The position numbers and the translations under genes were made by a program. From Octopus sinensis (Eukaryota): a stretch of DNA of 64,000 bases. A model generated the notes under the pieces. It worked only from the letters and a program-made list of their open reading frames with translations. It did not search any database and was not told where the DNA came from. This document shows positions 27,485 to 40,009 of this stretch, in pieces (positions within the stretch are counted from its first letter, which is position 1; every line of letters starts with the position of its first letter). Location: NCBI RefSeq assembly GCF_006345805.1, contig NC_043000.1, positions 148,552,001-148,616,000 on the forward strand, written 5' to 3'.

Positions 27485-27544
27485 TAGGTAGGTAGGTAGG
27501 TAGGTAGGTAGGTAGATAGGTAGGTAGGTAGGTAGGTAGGTAGG

Positions 27545-27632
<88 letters not shown>

Positions 27633-27700
27633 AAATACTTTAAAAATGTTTGAAAATGCGTCAAATTTTTATATGTATATATAATATATAATATATATAT

Positions 27701-27755
<55 letters not shown>
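27485..27755. repeat. (GGTA)n(GATA)n and (TA)n microsatellites
   Basis: Read directly from the sequence. Confidence 0.9.
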
Positions 27756-28020
27756 TTGGGATGTAATTAAAACGAGTTTAACTTTTTAACATCGGGGGAA
27801 AATTGTTTTATAATGTGTATTATATTTACGAAGATAAAACATGAATATATTCAATTATTAAAAGAGATCGCTATTAGTGGTCTAATTTGCACCAGAGATA
27901 AACTTAAAATAAGTATTAGGGAATAATGATAACAATTTCATTTGCATATAACTGTGGGAGTGATAGATCATTAGAACATGTCACTCCCACCGACTACGTA
28001 TGTGTACATATATATATACA

Positions 28021-28420
28021 CTAGCAGTATCGCCCGGCGTTGCTCGGGTTTGTAAGGGAAATAACTATATAAGCATTTTTAGAGAGTTATAGCCCAAAAA
28101 TAGCAAAAAATGCATTAAAAATGGAAAAAAAATGATGGTAAATTTTTTTTTAAATCGTTGACTCATCGTAGACATTTTTAGAGAGTTACTTCCCTTATAT
28201 AATAGCGAAAAAATGCATTAAAATGGAAAAAAATTATGGTAAATTTTTTTTTAAATCGTAGACTCATCGTAGACGCGCGCTAATACCCAGAAGGGCTCGA
28301 TATGAATCACGACTATAAGATACCCGGTTTTGGTTAAACTGCACCGCAAAATGTGGGAGTAGTTAGGAATCTAAATCGTAGGAGACAGACAGCACACAAC
28401 TTCACTTTTATATATAAAGA
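28021..28420 (-). mobile_element. non-autonomous Helitron (400 bp), two internal ~100-bp units
   Basis: 5' A|TCTTTATATATAAAAG; 3' CCCGAGCAACGCCGGGCGATACTGCTAG|T; same family as 38557-39159. Confidence 0.85.
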
Positions 28421-28447
28421 TGTACTACATATCTGTATGGTATATAT

Positions 28448-28533
<86 letters not shown>

Positions 28534-28706
28534 GTATGTGTGTTTGTGAGTACTTGGTGTTTAAAACTCTGGAGGAACCTCAATTTAAAGTCAAGTAGTG
28601 AATAACACACGATAGAGTATGGGTATTTGTTTATTCAGGTGATAGCACTTACAAGACTAGTCGATTTCTTTCGAATTTGGCGTCCTGATGATTCTGAATG
28701 AAGGAA

Positions 28707-28750
<44 letters not shown>

Positions 28751-28919
28751 CGCGTGCGTGTGTAAGTGTGTCTGAACATACACATATACGTGTATGTATG
28801 CGTGTTCATACACATTCGAAACTCAGAGTAGCAAGTGACTGACTTCACCAAAATTAGATATATTATAAATCTTTACTATGATATTGAGTATTTTTTTCAG
28901 ACAGTCAGCTCTAGACGGA

Positions 28920-29143
28920 TACGAGGGGGATGCTAAAAAGGTTCCTGGCTTTAAAGGTGTCGCAAAAGGCCAGGCTGGAGACCCAAACCTTCCAAGTTCT
29001 TTTACAGGGCTTAGAAAAACTGAAGGACCACTGCAATAAGTGCGTGGATTTGGAAGGGGATTATGTTGTGTGAAATCATAATTAGCTGATCCTCCTGTAT
29101 TTTCTTCTAACCAAAGCCAGGAACTTTTCAGCACCCCTTCATG
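28920..29143. mobile_element. mariner-derived MITE (~220 bp)
   Basis: Imperfect TIRs TACGAGGGGGATGCTAAAAAGGTTCCTGGCTTT / AAAGCCAGGAACTTTTCAGCACCCCTTC; internal remnant of the transposase C-terminus (NKCVDLEGDYV). Confidence 0.75.
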
Positions 29144-29284
29144 TGTGTGGTGTGTGTGTGTGTGTGTGGGTGTGGGTGTGGGTGTGTGAGTGTGTGTGTG
29201 TACACATTTACATGTATACACATATGCACGCACACATATATATAAAAGCGCACACATTATATATAAATATAAACACAGACACAT

Positions 29285-29327
<43 letters not shown>

Positions 29328-29545
29328 TGGGTTGGGGTTGTTTTTCTATGCAACCTTGCCACCAGGAAGGTGGCCGGTTAAAACAAACCACTGAAAATTC
29401 AACCAGGAAATGAAATATATAAACATGAACGTTCACTGACTTGTATTATCCAAACTCAAACAAGACAACTTTGTCACTTTGTCAGAACCTACTTTTTAAC
29501 TCTATTGTAAACAAAAAAAAAACAAATAAACAACGTGACACATGC

Positions 29546-29625
<80 letters not shown>

Positions 29626-29719
29626 ATTTGCACATATATCTACATGCACACATATGTATGCATTCATACACACAAATATGTATTCAGCCACACATCAATT
29701 TAATCATTATCGTTGCCAC

Positions 29720-30327
29720 AAGGTGAGCTGGCAGACACGTTAGCGCGCCGGGCGAAATGCTTAGCGGTATTTCGTCTGTCGTTACGTTCTGAGTTCAAAT
29801 TCCGCCGAGGTCGATATTGCCTTTCATCCTTTCGGGGTCGATAAATTAAGTACCAGTTACTCACTGGTGTCGATGTAATCGACTTAATACCTATGTCTGT
29901 CCTTGTTTGTCCCCCTCTATGTGTAGCCCCTTGTGGGCAGTAAAGAAATAGGTATTTCGTCTGTCGTTACGTTCTGAGTTCAAATTCCGCCGAGGTCGAC
30001 TTTGCCTTTCATCCTTTCGGGGTCGATAAATTAAGTACCAGTTACTCACTGGTGTCGATCTAATCGACTTAATACCTATGTCTGTCCTTGTTTGTCCCCC
30101 TCTATGTGTAGCCCCTTGTGGGCAGTAAATAAATAGGTATTTCGTCTGTCGTTACGTTCTGAGTTCAAATTCCGCCGAGGTCGACTTTGCCTTTCATCCC
30201 TTCGGGGTCGATAAATTAAGTACCAGTTACTCACTGGGGTCGATGTAATCGACTTAATACCTATGTCTGTCCTTGTTTGTCCCCTCTATGTTTAGCCCCT
30301 TGTGGGTAATAAAGAAATAGGTATTTC
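29720..30327 (+). mobile_element. SINE B head followed by three tandem 184-185-bp body+tail units
   Basis: GGTATTTC recurs at 29766, 29951, 30136 and 30320. Confidence 0.9.
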
Positions 30328-30994
30328 CTATACTATGATGACTATTTTTTCTTCTAATTTTTATCTACAACTATACGAGAAATAAATGTATGCGTATCTT
30401 TTTGCCAACTGTGATACTGGTACTTTGAATGACCAAATACAAAGCTACTTGGCAACGATCTTAACAGTGCTATAAAATCAAGAAGCGTCCCCTGTACACG
30501 AACATATAAAACAGAGAAAAACAATAAAATTTTTACTTCTTGTCTTTTGGGATAAGTTAGATCAAATCACAGGGTAAAAAATCACTACAGTAGTCCAACA
30601 GACATTGCCAATCCCTCACTAATAACCTTTCTTTTTCCCTTTACGCTGACAACAGTAAACCGAAAGCAGTAAACTATAAATCAAGTCCAAGAAATTCAAC
30701 GTTAAACCAGTCGAATATTTTTCATTTCTGTGTTAGCACCTATGGCCTCTTTGATCCTGGCTCGTTATGCAACCATCACATACACTTTCTTCTCGGCAGT
30801 ATTGAAATATATTGCATTCCGTCTTTGATATCTATGCATTTTTTTTCTTTTCATTCCAGCTTCTCTTCCCAGACCTGAAATTTTGTCTCCGTTCTTTCTG
30901 TTTCAATGCTAGCCACTCCATTTCTCACCAAGACATCAGTAACAAAATTTTCTTCGTGCTCTACATGAATGCCTTGCTTTTTTTGCTTTTTTAA

Positions 30995-31024
30995 TAATGA
31001 TAATAATAATAATAATAATAATAA

Positions 31025-31055
<31 letters not shown>

Positions 31056-31060
31056 AAGAA

Positions 31061-31111
<51 letters not shown>

Positions 31112-31299
31112 GATGAAGAAGATGAAGAAGATAGAAGAAGATGAAGATGAAAATGAAGAAGAAGAAGATGAAGAGAAAATGAAGAGAGAAGAAGAAGAAG
31201 ATGAAGAGAAGAAGAGAGAAGAAGAAAAGAAGAAGAAGGAAATAAATAAGAAAAGAAGAGAAGAAGAAGGACGTGCAGAAAGAAGAAGAAAAGATAAGG

Positions 31300-31330
<31 letters not shown>
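30995..31330. repeat. compound (AAT)(AAG)(ATG)(GAA) trinucleotide microsatellite
   Basis: Read directly from the sequence. Confidence 0.95.
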
Positions 31331-31496
31331 GTTTTTTTTTAATATAGTATATCTAGGGCCACACTGTCCAATGTGTAAGTCCTTTTTAATGACGGCTGGC
31401 TGTAACCTGAGGGATTGTAGGCAACTCTCACTAGCACTCTGATCAATCACAAGGAGGTTCTCTTAGTGGTAGATAATTCTGTGGAGTTAAATTATT

Positions 31497-31715
31497 TATT
31501 GGTTTCAAATTTTTGCACAAGGCCGACAATTTCGGGGAATGGAGTAAGTCGCTCGCATCGACCCCAGTACTCAACTGGTACATATTTTTTATCGACCCCG
31601 AAGGATGACAGGCAAAGTAGATCTCGGCTGTATTTGAACTCAGACCGTAAAGACGGACGCAATGCCGGTAAGCATTTTGTCCGGCGTGCTAAAGATTCTG
31701 CCAGCTCAACGTCCC
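31497..31715 (-). mobile_element. SINE family B, short-tail form
   Basis: Reverse complement of the head, core and tail. Confidence 0.75.
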
Positions 31716-31749
31716 ACAGTTAGATTAAATATTATTCGGAGGACCTACA

Positions 31750-32200
31750 TTAAGGAGCGGGACGTGCAACTTCCTGTAATTCAGGCCGCCTCATGATTCC
31801 AGCATGAAATGGGAAAAAAAACGATGCTCCGGGGGGATGGCGAGGGAGATGCGCTGGAACAGCCATTCTGACTCACGGGGCTTGCACTTGCGGATAACCA
31901 TCCACGCTCTGATAGGATGCCCATTTCTGGCAAAGTTCCCAGTGTATAACTTTTACAGTCTGGTCGTGCCTTTCATTTCTTATATTCTTTCTGTGCCAAC
32001 TTCGGGCATTCTGCCACAATGTGTACCACTGTCTCGTTCCAAGTTCCACAGGGTCTACATTTTTTGACACATTCTTACCATATATATTTTTTCTCAAGTT
32101 GTTTGCTTTCATCGCTTGGTCTTGGGATGCTACAATTAGGCTCTGCTTCTTTTATTAATTGCCCCTTTTCTAACCAAGCCCAAGATTTTGTTTCACATAC
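31750..32200 (-). mobile_element. R4/Dong-type (RLE) non-LTR retrotransposon fragment, frameshifted
   Basis: SWAWLEKGQL..., SQDQAMKANNLRKNIY, zinc-knuckle remnant ETVVHIVAECPKLAQKEY, ERHDQTVKVIHWELCQK. Confidence 0.75.
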
Positions 32201-32715
32201 GGATATGGACTGGGGAGTCATATCTCTGCTCTTAATGATTATCATCAAATATTGATGGAAAGGGACAACTTAACACTTGCTGGTGATTGTTGGTATTTTA
32301 ATGTCTGCTCAATAGAAACCGATGTCTTACTTTTATAGATGTATAATTCCCACATCAGCCCGCGTATTGACTTGGCTTCTCTGCCTTGTCCTATTCGCAA
32401 ACTTTTCTTTATTATGTTAATTCAATCCTATTTAGTTTCATCTACTCATTTGCAATAAAATCAACTTAGTTGAAATTCCGAATGGATTTTTAACCCGTTT
32501 ATAGTTCTCAAAGGAAAAAAAACATTATGTATTAAAAATAAATGCAAGTTATTCAAATATTGCTTCAAATATTCAAAACTTGCAAAGACAACATAGTTTT
32601 ATTTTCGTCAGATAGTCACAAAATATAAAAAATAAACAAAACGTCTTTCATAGACGATTAGAATTACAATATTTTTTATGCGTGCGCGTATTTGTGTGTA
32701 TGTATGTGTGTGTGT

Positions 32716-32781
<66 letters not shown>

Positions 32782-32810
32782 GGATGGATGGATGGATAGA
32801 TAGATAGATA
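32716..32810. repeat. (GATA)n array at the 3' end of the LINE fragment
   Basis: Read directly from the sequence. Confidence 0.95.
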
Positions 32811-33287
32811 AGTTTCTTTATTGGCCACACAGGGCTGCACACAGATGGGACAAGTTACAAGGTAGAGCTTTTCTTTTGGGGGATGAAGAGAACAAAAAAC
32901 AAAAGAAAAAAAAAGGGGTGGCGTAGGTTTTCGATCAAGAGGGATCGTAAAAGGGAAGAAAAGAACAAAAACAAAAACAAAAAAAAAATTTTAAATAAAA
33001 GGAATAAAAAGAATAAAACGAAAAAAAAGAAAAGGAAAAGGAACAAAAGGAAAGAGAAATGAAAAAAGAAGAAAAAAGGGGGAAAAAAAGGGGAAGAGGA
33101 AAAAAAAGAACGATCAATAGGGATCGTGTATCACAGTGTTATGATATATGGTGTAAAGGGGAAAGCAAGTAAGGTTTATCCGTGGGAAGAAAAGCCTACG
33201 AAAAAGACCGCGGTAACCTTGGTCAATATTGTTATATGTTACCACATTTGTTTGCAAGTGGGTAACCCTCTGTTTTCAATTTCTGGA
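32811..33287 (-). mobile_element. 3'-UTR-only copy of the L1/Tx1-type LINE
   Basis: Colinear with 9036-9430 (GGGATCGTAAAA, AAAAGCCTACG.AAAAGACC.CGGTAACCT, and the terminal GGGCTGCACACAGAT...CAAGGTAGAGCTTTTCTTTTG block). Confidence 0.88.
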
Positions 33288-33339
33288 GATAGATATATAG
33301 ATAGATAGATGGATGGATGGATGGATGGATGGATGGATG

Positions 33340-33406
<67 letters not shown>

Positions 33407-33572
33407 GATAGATAGATAGATATAGATAGATAGATGATGGATGGATGGATGGTGGATTGATGGATGGATGGATAGATAGATAGATATAGATAGATAGATG
33501 ATGGATGGATGGATGATGGATAGATAGATAGATATATAGATAGATAGATAGATAGATAGTAGATAGATAGAT

Positions 33573-33642
<70 letters not shown>
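33288..33642. repeat. (GATA)n/(GATG)n array at the 5' junction of the LINE fragment
   Basis: Read directly from the sequence. Confidence 0.95.
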
Positions 33643-33816
33643 CGATCTTTATTCAAGATAGATATATTTCTATTCATTGTTCTTACCAAAAATACATCAG
33701 AAAAAATATTTTCCAGTTATATCTTTTTTTATTATTTAATAGCATTTATTACATTTTTTATTCTTAGATATTGAATATTAATAATTCCAGCAGTTTGTTG
33801 CAGACTATCGAAAACT

Positions 33817-33910
33817 ATTATTGTTGTTGTTGTTGTTGCTGCTGCTGCTGCTGTTATTGTTGTTGTTGTTGTTGTTGCTGCTGCTGCTGCTGCTGTTGTT
33901 GTTGTTGTTG
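33817..33910. repeat. (TTG)/(CTG) microsatellite
   Basis: Read directly from the sequence. Confidence 0.95.
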
Positions 33911-34039
33911 CAAGGGAAGATATCTATTCGAAAACCGAGACATATTGTTGAATTTTGCTGTTTTAAAGAAAGCTATTTGTAGATTTGTTGTACTATCTTG
34001 TTAATAAGCCAACTGACAGCCTCTGAGGCTAAGTTGGTT

Positions 34040-35460
34040 TTGTTAACTTTTTGCCTTTCAGAGTTGAATTTGTACTTTTGCTAAAGAAAAGAAAAACATT
34101 TAAATTTACCCATTTTTAGAAAGTAGCAAAACATGGCGTCGAATTTTTCGGCAAATACTCAGGAACATAAAAATTCAAATTGGAAGAGCTTCTTCGACAG
34201 GTCAGTTTGACATGTTACTCGAACCCGAGATGTGTGTAGCTTTTCGGCAGCACTTCACTCAACTATTCGGGACGGGTATCAGGCCGGATCGCATTGAATT
34301 CAGCGCCTACCTCGACGACCTGTTATGACTCTCAGCAAGAGCAACGGAGTGATGCGGAAAGCCGAAACTCGCCGCGTAAATACGGGAAGCGATGGTGGTT
34401 GCACGGCGGGAAAACCGGCTGGTTTGATGATTTGCGATTACGAGCTTTTCTTGTACATGCCAGTCTTATTTGGAGACCTCTTAGCAAACGTTTACTGCAA
34501 CTGGCAACAAAATGGGAGGATCCTCCGTTCTTTGAGTCGAGGAACGATGACACTGATGAGAAAAGACCCAAACAAGGGGCATCACATAGACAACTTTAGG
34601 CCATAACTTCGCTAGTCGCAGTTTTCAAAATTTTGTCTAAGGTAGCAGCTCAGAAGTTGGCGATTTTCATCGATGGTCTGATTGGGGATGCGCACCTATG
34701 CACCATCCCAGTAAGATCAATTCACGACAACCTCCACTTCATGCGATGCATCATAGAGAGTTGAGTAAGTAATCTGGTATTAGGAGCCCTGATGGATTTA
34801 GATCATTCGGAAGAATTCGATAAGGTCGATCACCAATACTTGACTGTTGTTCTCACGGCAACCCATTTCAATCCCTTCTTCTACAGATGGATGCCGCATT
34901 GTACAGCCATAGAACGAATGGCCACCAATCGAAACCATTCAGTATCGTGAGTTCGATCCGCCAAGGCTGTCCCATCTCTTTCCTTTTGTATGCACTGAGC
35001 CTCGAGTTACTCCTGTGGAAACTTGAGACGTTGAAGATCATTTCGCGCGAACGTGGTATGCGGAAGTATCATGCCGGCATACACGGACGACATCCCTGTG
35101 ATATTGTCGGATACTAAGCACATGGAGGTGTTCGACATTGCTCTAGGAAACTACGAGGTACGACAGGAGCAAAAGTTAAACACTAAAAGTCAGTAGGCTT
35201 GCTTTTCGGCACCTGGAGAGACCGATCTTTGCCTTCCAACAGCGTTATAATACGTTGGACAGATGAATTGGTTAAATTGCTCCGGGCCTGGTTTGGTCCA
35301 GTTTTCCGAGTGGAGAAGGACAAGGACGAAATGGCGAGCAGGGTGGCCAGTCTCACTTACAAATGAGCAGAGAGAAGGCTATCCCTGAAATGTCGGGCGG
35401 AGGTGGCGAAAGGTTACATTACCTACGTCATATACTACCGCCTAACCGCCCCAGTTTACA
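34040..35460 (+). mobile_element. older, heavily decayed RT fragment of the same L1/Tx1-type LINE family
   Basis: [46 protein letters not shown] parallels the 11194-11736 frame; later SIRQGCPISFLLYALSLE and AERRLSLK remnants. Confidence 0.85.
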
Positions 35461-36099
35461 TCTGACCGAACTGCAGTGTCTGGTTTTCTGCGGCCTTTCT
35501 TTGTCTGTGAAAGACGGGAAGTGCTTACCTGCCTAGTGGCTTTAGCAGCAAAGATTGTGTGGTGAACCTTTAACGCTGTCGCCTTTTGTGTCAATTCTTC
35601 TTGTACTGTTTAATTTCACCTTTCTTTTAACCTGTATTGTCCATTCAATATTCTGATTACTGCCTTATTTTTGAGCTCTCCTCTCATTATCCTATTCAAT
35701 TGCCTCAGTCGTTTCTGTGTCTTTTCCAGCTTCGTTCGTATTCTCTTCCTCCAGTTTGGTTCTTTCTTTTCATTTGCTTTTATATCTTCAGTTTTTTCGC
35801 TTGTAGCCTACTATGTTAGCTACGACATTAGCAGCAGCAGCTATGATTAGCTGGTTTGTTTCACTGACGTTTTCTGTTTTATCAAGCTTAAAACGCCATT
35901 TACTTTGCCAGTGTCAGTTAGAAGTTCTTACGATCCGATAATCTTAAGAGGAGCTTCTTAACAGAGAGGGGTAGAGAGAGATATAGAGGGACAAAGAGGG
36001 ACAGACAGACAGACACACAACACACACACACACACACAGTGACAAGCAGACAGAGAGATAGACATATTTGCTCCGTACAGACACGTGCTGTTGACACTC

Positions 36100-36468
36100 A
36101 TCACGATTCCGAATTTCTACCGGTCACCTATTTCTTCATGTGAAATCGTTGATAATACAATCACGCTTCAGGACCAGTTACTGCAACAGCCTGGGTTTCA
36201 AGGGCCCACAGCTTTTTAATATTCTCCCAAAGAGTCTGAGGAACTTGCACCAAGTAGATGTAGGGGTTTTTAAATCAAAGCTGGACCTCTTCCTGTCGAG
36301 AGTCCCAGATGAACCTACCTCACGGCAAGAAGTGCAAATGAGGGTAGCTATAGCAAACTCCATGCTTCACCAAGTGCCACATATTAGAGGAGGCTCTTAG
36401 TAATGACAGTGTAGCAAAACGGCGATGCATCAGCATGGCCACAGCTCTGAGCTGAAACTAGAGAAAAA
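36100..36468 (+). mobile_element. CR1-type LINE 3' end (ORF2 C-terminus plus short 3' UTR)
   Basis: NSLGFKGPQLFNILPKSLRN...FKSKLDLFLSRVPDEP, a typical post-RT C-terminus of CR1-group LINEs. Confidence 0.75.
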
Positions 36469-37170
36469 ATATCTTGAAAGATAGTAAGAAAGTGGATCTT
36501 TTATACTGCTTCAAGTATAACTTTTAGATATGCAGGTATTTTATCCTCGAAGGGTTGTCTAGGTAGGATAGAATGATTGATAGTGCTTGAAGCACAATAA
36601 AGCTGCGTACTTTTGGCAATTGGGCATTTGCGAAGTAAAAGTATCAAAATAACCCCAACAAGGATCGGGAATTGTAGCGGGCCACAGACTTGGCTTGCTG
36701 TGAATAAAAACGATACAACGCTATGGCAATATATGTGTGTGTGTTAGCAGTAAACGTAGTAATAAAAGATACAGATGTCGCTCAACTATTTCTTGTGATC
36801 TTCCCATTGTATTGAATATTACCAACAATTGCCCAATGGGGAGGAAAGCACAAATACCACTATACAATACAGTTATTGAAAGTGAGCACAGTAAATGAGG
36901 GTTCATTGTGTGACAATACTGCGTTTAAATCCACCAATGGATTAAATCCTCGTGACCAGAAGTTTGATTACAATAACAACGGAAGTAGTAGGAGTCTCGT
37001 ATCAGCGTCTTGCCTCAACTTTTATTACATAAAATGCAGCAGTACTAGAGGCACCAGGAGCCAGTGCGATTTTTTGTTTTTGTTTTTGATTTTTGTTTTG
37101 TTTTGGAGGGTGGGGTTGCTGTGAGAAAAGGAACAAATACTAATGATGTAGGAAGTATTGCAATGATGTA

Positions 37171-37558
37171 GGAGGCACAATGGCCCAGTGGTTAAGGCAG
37201 CGGACTCGCGGTCGTAGGATCGCGGTTTCGATTCCCAGACCGGGCGTTGTGAGTGTTTATTGAGCGAAAACACCTAAAGCACCACGAGGCTCCGGCAGGG
37301 GATGGTGGTGATCCCTGCTGTACTCTTTCACCACAACTTTCTCTCACTCTTACTTCCTGTTTCTGTTGTACCTGTATTTCAAAGGGCCGGCCTTGTCACT
37401 CTCTGTGTCACGCTGAACATCCCCGAGAACTACGTTAAGGGTACACGTGTCTGTGGAATGCTCAGCCACTTACACGTTAATTTCACGAGCAGGCTGTTCC
37501 GTTGATCGCCGATCAACCGGAACCCTCGTCGTCGTAACCGACGGAGTGCTTCCCATCC
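37171..37558 (+). mobile_element. SINE family A, full length
   Basis: Near-identical to 5445-5834. Confidence 0.9.
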
Positions 37559-38174
37559 ATTGCAACGCCAAAACGATCGAATTTTTAAAGTATACTTACC
37601 ACATATCGTCTCTCTTTACAGTCTATATCGCTATATCTTTAAATATACTTTGACACAGCATTATTTGATCATTTTATATCTAATTACTTTACAGAACTCT
37701 TTTGTTTAACGAACTCACAATAATGTCGTCTCGAGATATCTTGAGTGTTTCTCCAAATATGTGTTTCACCAATAAGTGCCAGGCAATGACTCACTAAGTT
37801 GGTGTTTACTGTGTTTTAACACTTCTATTCAACGTTCTCAATATTCAGGTATGTTAGGCCTTTAAAAACATTATCTTTGTCTATATTCAGTGTAATTTCT
37901 TTCCAAGTACCCGATGTTCAAAGACCAATGAAGTATGTGATAGCAGTGTATGATACAATACTGAATAAGACAATTTATATCTTTAATGCGGTTGAAGAGA
38001 ACAAGTAATTTTCGTTTATCTTTATTTAATTTTTATTTTTAACGTTTAATTCCAGATGTTTATTGGTTTTTTTTTTCTTTCAGAAACATGTCATTGTTAT
38101 CGACCCTCTGTATCCACATCTCCAACAAAAGTACACCTACTCATCTTAAAAGGAGAATGACACATTGTGTAGTA

Positions 38175-38372
38175 CAGTGGTTCCCAAACTATGAGTCACG
38201 ACCCACAGATGGGTCGCGAACGGAATCTTAGTGGGTCGCAAAAAGTTATAAAATTACGCATTAGCTTTGATTAACTGCTGTCTATCGAGATAGTTCAGTA
38301 GAGTTAAGTGGGTCGTCATAAACTGGTGTGATAAATAGTGGGTCGCGACTCTGAAAAGTTTGGGAAGTATTA
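38175..38372. mobile_element. hAT (Charlie-like) MITE
   Basis: Ends CAGTGGTTCCCAAACT / AAGTTTGGGAAG; repeated subterminal GGGTCG(C) motifs; TSD not clear. Confidence 0.65.
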
Positions 38373-38556
38373 CAGCAGTGAATATACTACAGTGTAGTAT
38401 ATTCTTTGATGTATGTTGCCTTACAATGCACGAGGTATTCACTGCTGTAATACTTTTGATAGGACTGCTCAGTGAGGTATGATCTGGAACTAAACAACAA
38501 CAACCACAGATGTTTATGAATAAGAGACAAATAGGATTTATCCTAATCTTGACTTA

Positions 38557-39159
38557 TCTTTTATATTTTTCACACAGTTGTGTGCTGTCTGTCTCCTACG
38601 ATTTAGATTCCTAACTACTCCCACATTTTGCGGTGCAGTTTAACCAAAAGCGGGTATGTTATAGTCGTGATTCATATCGAGCCCTTCTGCGTATTAGCGT
38701 GCGTCTACGATGAGTCTACGATTTAAAAAAAAATTTACCATCATTTTTTTCCATTTTAATGCATTTATTTCGCTATTATATAAGGGACGTAACTCTCTAA
38801 AAATGTCTACGATGAGTCAACGATTTAAAAAAAAATTTGCCATCATTTTTTTCCATTTTAATGCATTTTTTTCGCTATTATATAAGGGAAGTAACTCTCT
38901 AACAATGTCTACAATGAGTCAACGATTTAAAAAAAAATTTACCATCATTTTTTCCATTTTAATGCATTTTTTCGCTATTATATAAGGGAAGTAACTCTCT
39001 AAAAATGTCTACGATGAGTCAACGATTTAAAAAAAAATTTACCATCATTTTTTCCCATTTTTAATGCATTTTTTTGCTATTGTTTGGCTATAACTCTCTA
39101 AAAATGCTTATATAGTTATTTCCCTTACAAACCCGAGCAACGCCGGGCGATACTGCTAG
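38557..39159 (+). mobile_element. non-autonomous Helitron (603 bp), four internal 100-102-bp units
   Basis: A|TC start, 3' hairpin plus CTAG|T; unit starts at 38704, 38806, 38908 and 39008. Confidence 0.88.
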
Positions 39160-39362
39160 TCTTTTATATTTTTTATATTAATGTAATATTTTTTATATTT
39201 TTTTAGACATTAATCAATATTGTTACTATCGCTTTATGCTTTGTTTTTTAAAGCTATTTATAGAAATTTGATCAGACCAGAAGACATGTAGCTCCTTTTT
39301 GAATATAAATTATCTGATATAATTTTTCACCATTATTATTATTACTATTATTATTATTATTA

Positions 39363-39406
<44 letters not shown>

Positions 39407-39415
39407 ATTATTATT

Positions 39416-39918
39416 GAGTGAGAGAGCAGTGCATGCCATCAAAGTGACACTGGGGTAAAATATACGAAGCCCAGTATACCAATCATGACTACCTGTCTGA
39501 TAAGGGTACACCAAGCACATGCGTCACAATCATATGTGCGCGACATGGTGATCTCATATCAAGATAAACAGCGCATGGCCTTGCAGGTGGGGCCCAGTCA
39601 GAATTTTCTTCTGGTCAAGTAACCCATCCCGCTCAAAAGGTCCCTGAATAAAGGTTGTTTAAGGATGTTGAACGAAACACCCATATTTCCAGAGATAAAT
39701 TATTCAAACCCCAAAGAATCCCTCTCAACACATGGCTATGATGCTCCCCCACTACTTCTGCTTGTGATCAGAGATGCACATATCGTCAGCAACTAAAGGC
39801 CATGCTCAACTGGTTAAGGTCAAGCAACTGACAAGCAAATCTGTGGTATTGAGCAGAATATTTGGTGTAGCCCATCTTTTATACCAAGACAAAACAATGT
39901 ACATGATAACACTTCCAG
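39416..39918 (-). mobile_element. unclassified ~500-bp non-coding element with an (AAT)n tail, flanked by (ATT)n on both sides
   Basis: More GC-rich island between (ATT)n tracts at 39330-39415 and ~39930-40010; no ORF recognised. Confidence 0.5.
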
Positions 39919-39937
39919 GCAAAACAATATTATTATA

Positions 39938-39994
<57 letters not shown>

Positions 39995-40009
39995 TATTAT
40001 TATTATTAT

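Noticed and set aside
29720-30327. Regular 185-bp periodicity resembling a CRISPR array
   Set aside because: Whole units are repeated with no unique spacers; they are SINE bodies in a eukaryotic context.
30780-30980. Possible further R4/Dong remnant (W*KEKKMH-like) on the minus strand
   Set aside because: Too short and degenerate, and not colinear with the 31750-32200 fragment.
30851-31450. Poly-N/K/M/E ORF (30969-31442 +) and its antisense partner
   Set aside because: Compound trinucleotide microsatellite open on both strands, with no ordered domain or splice context.
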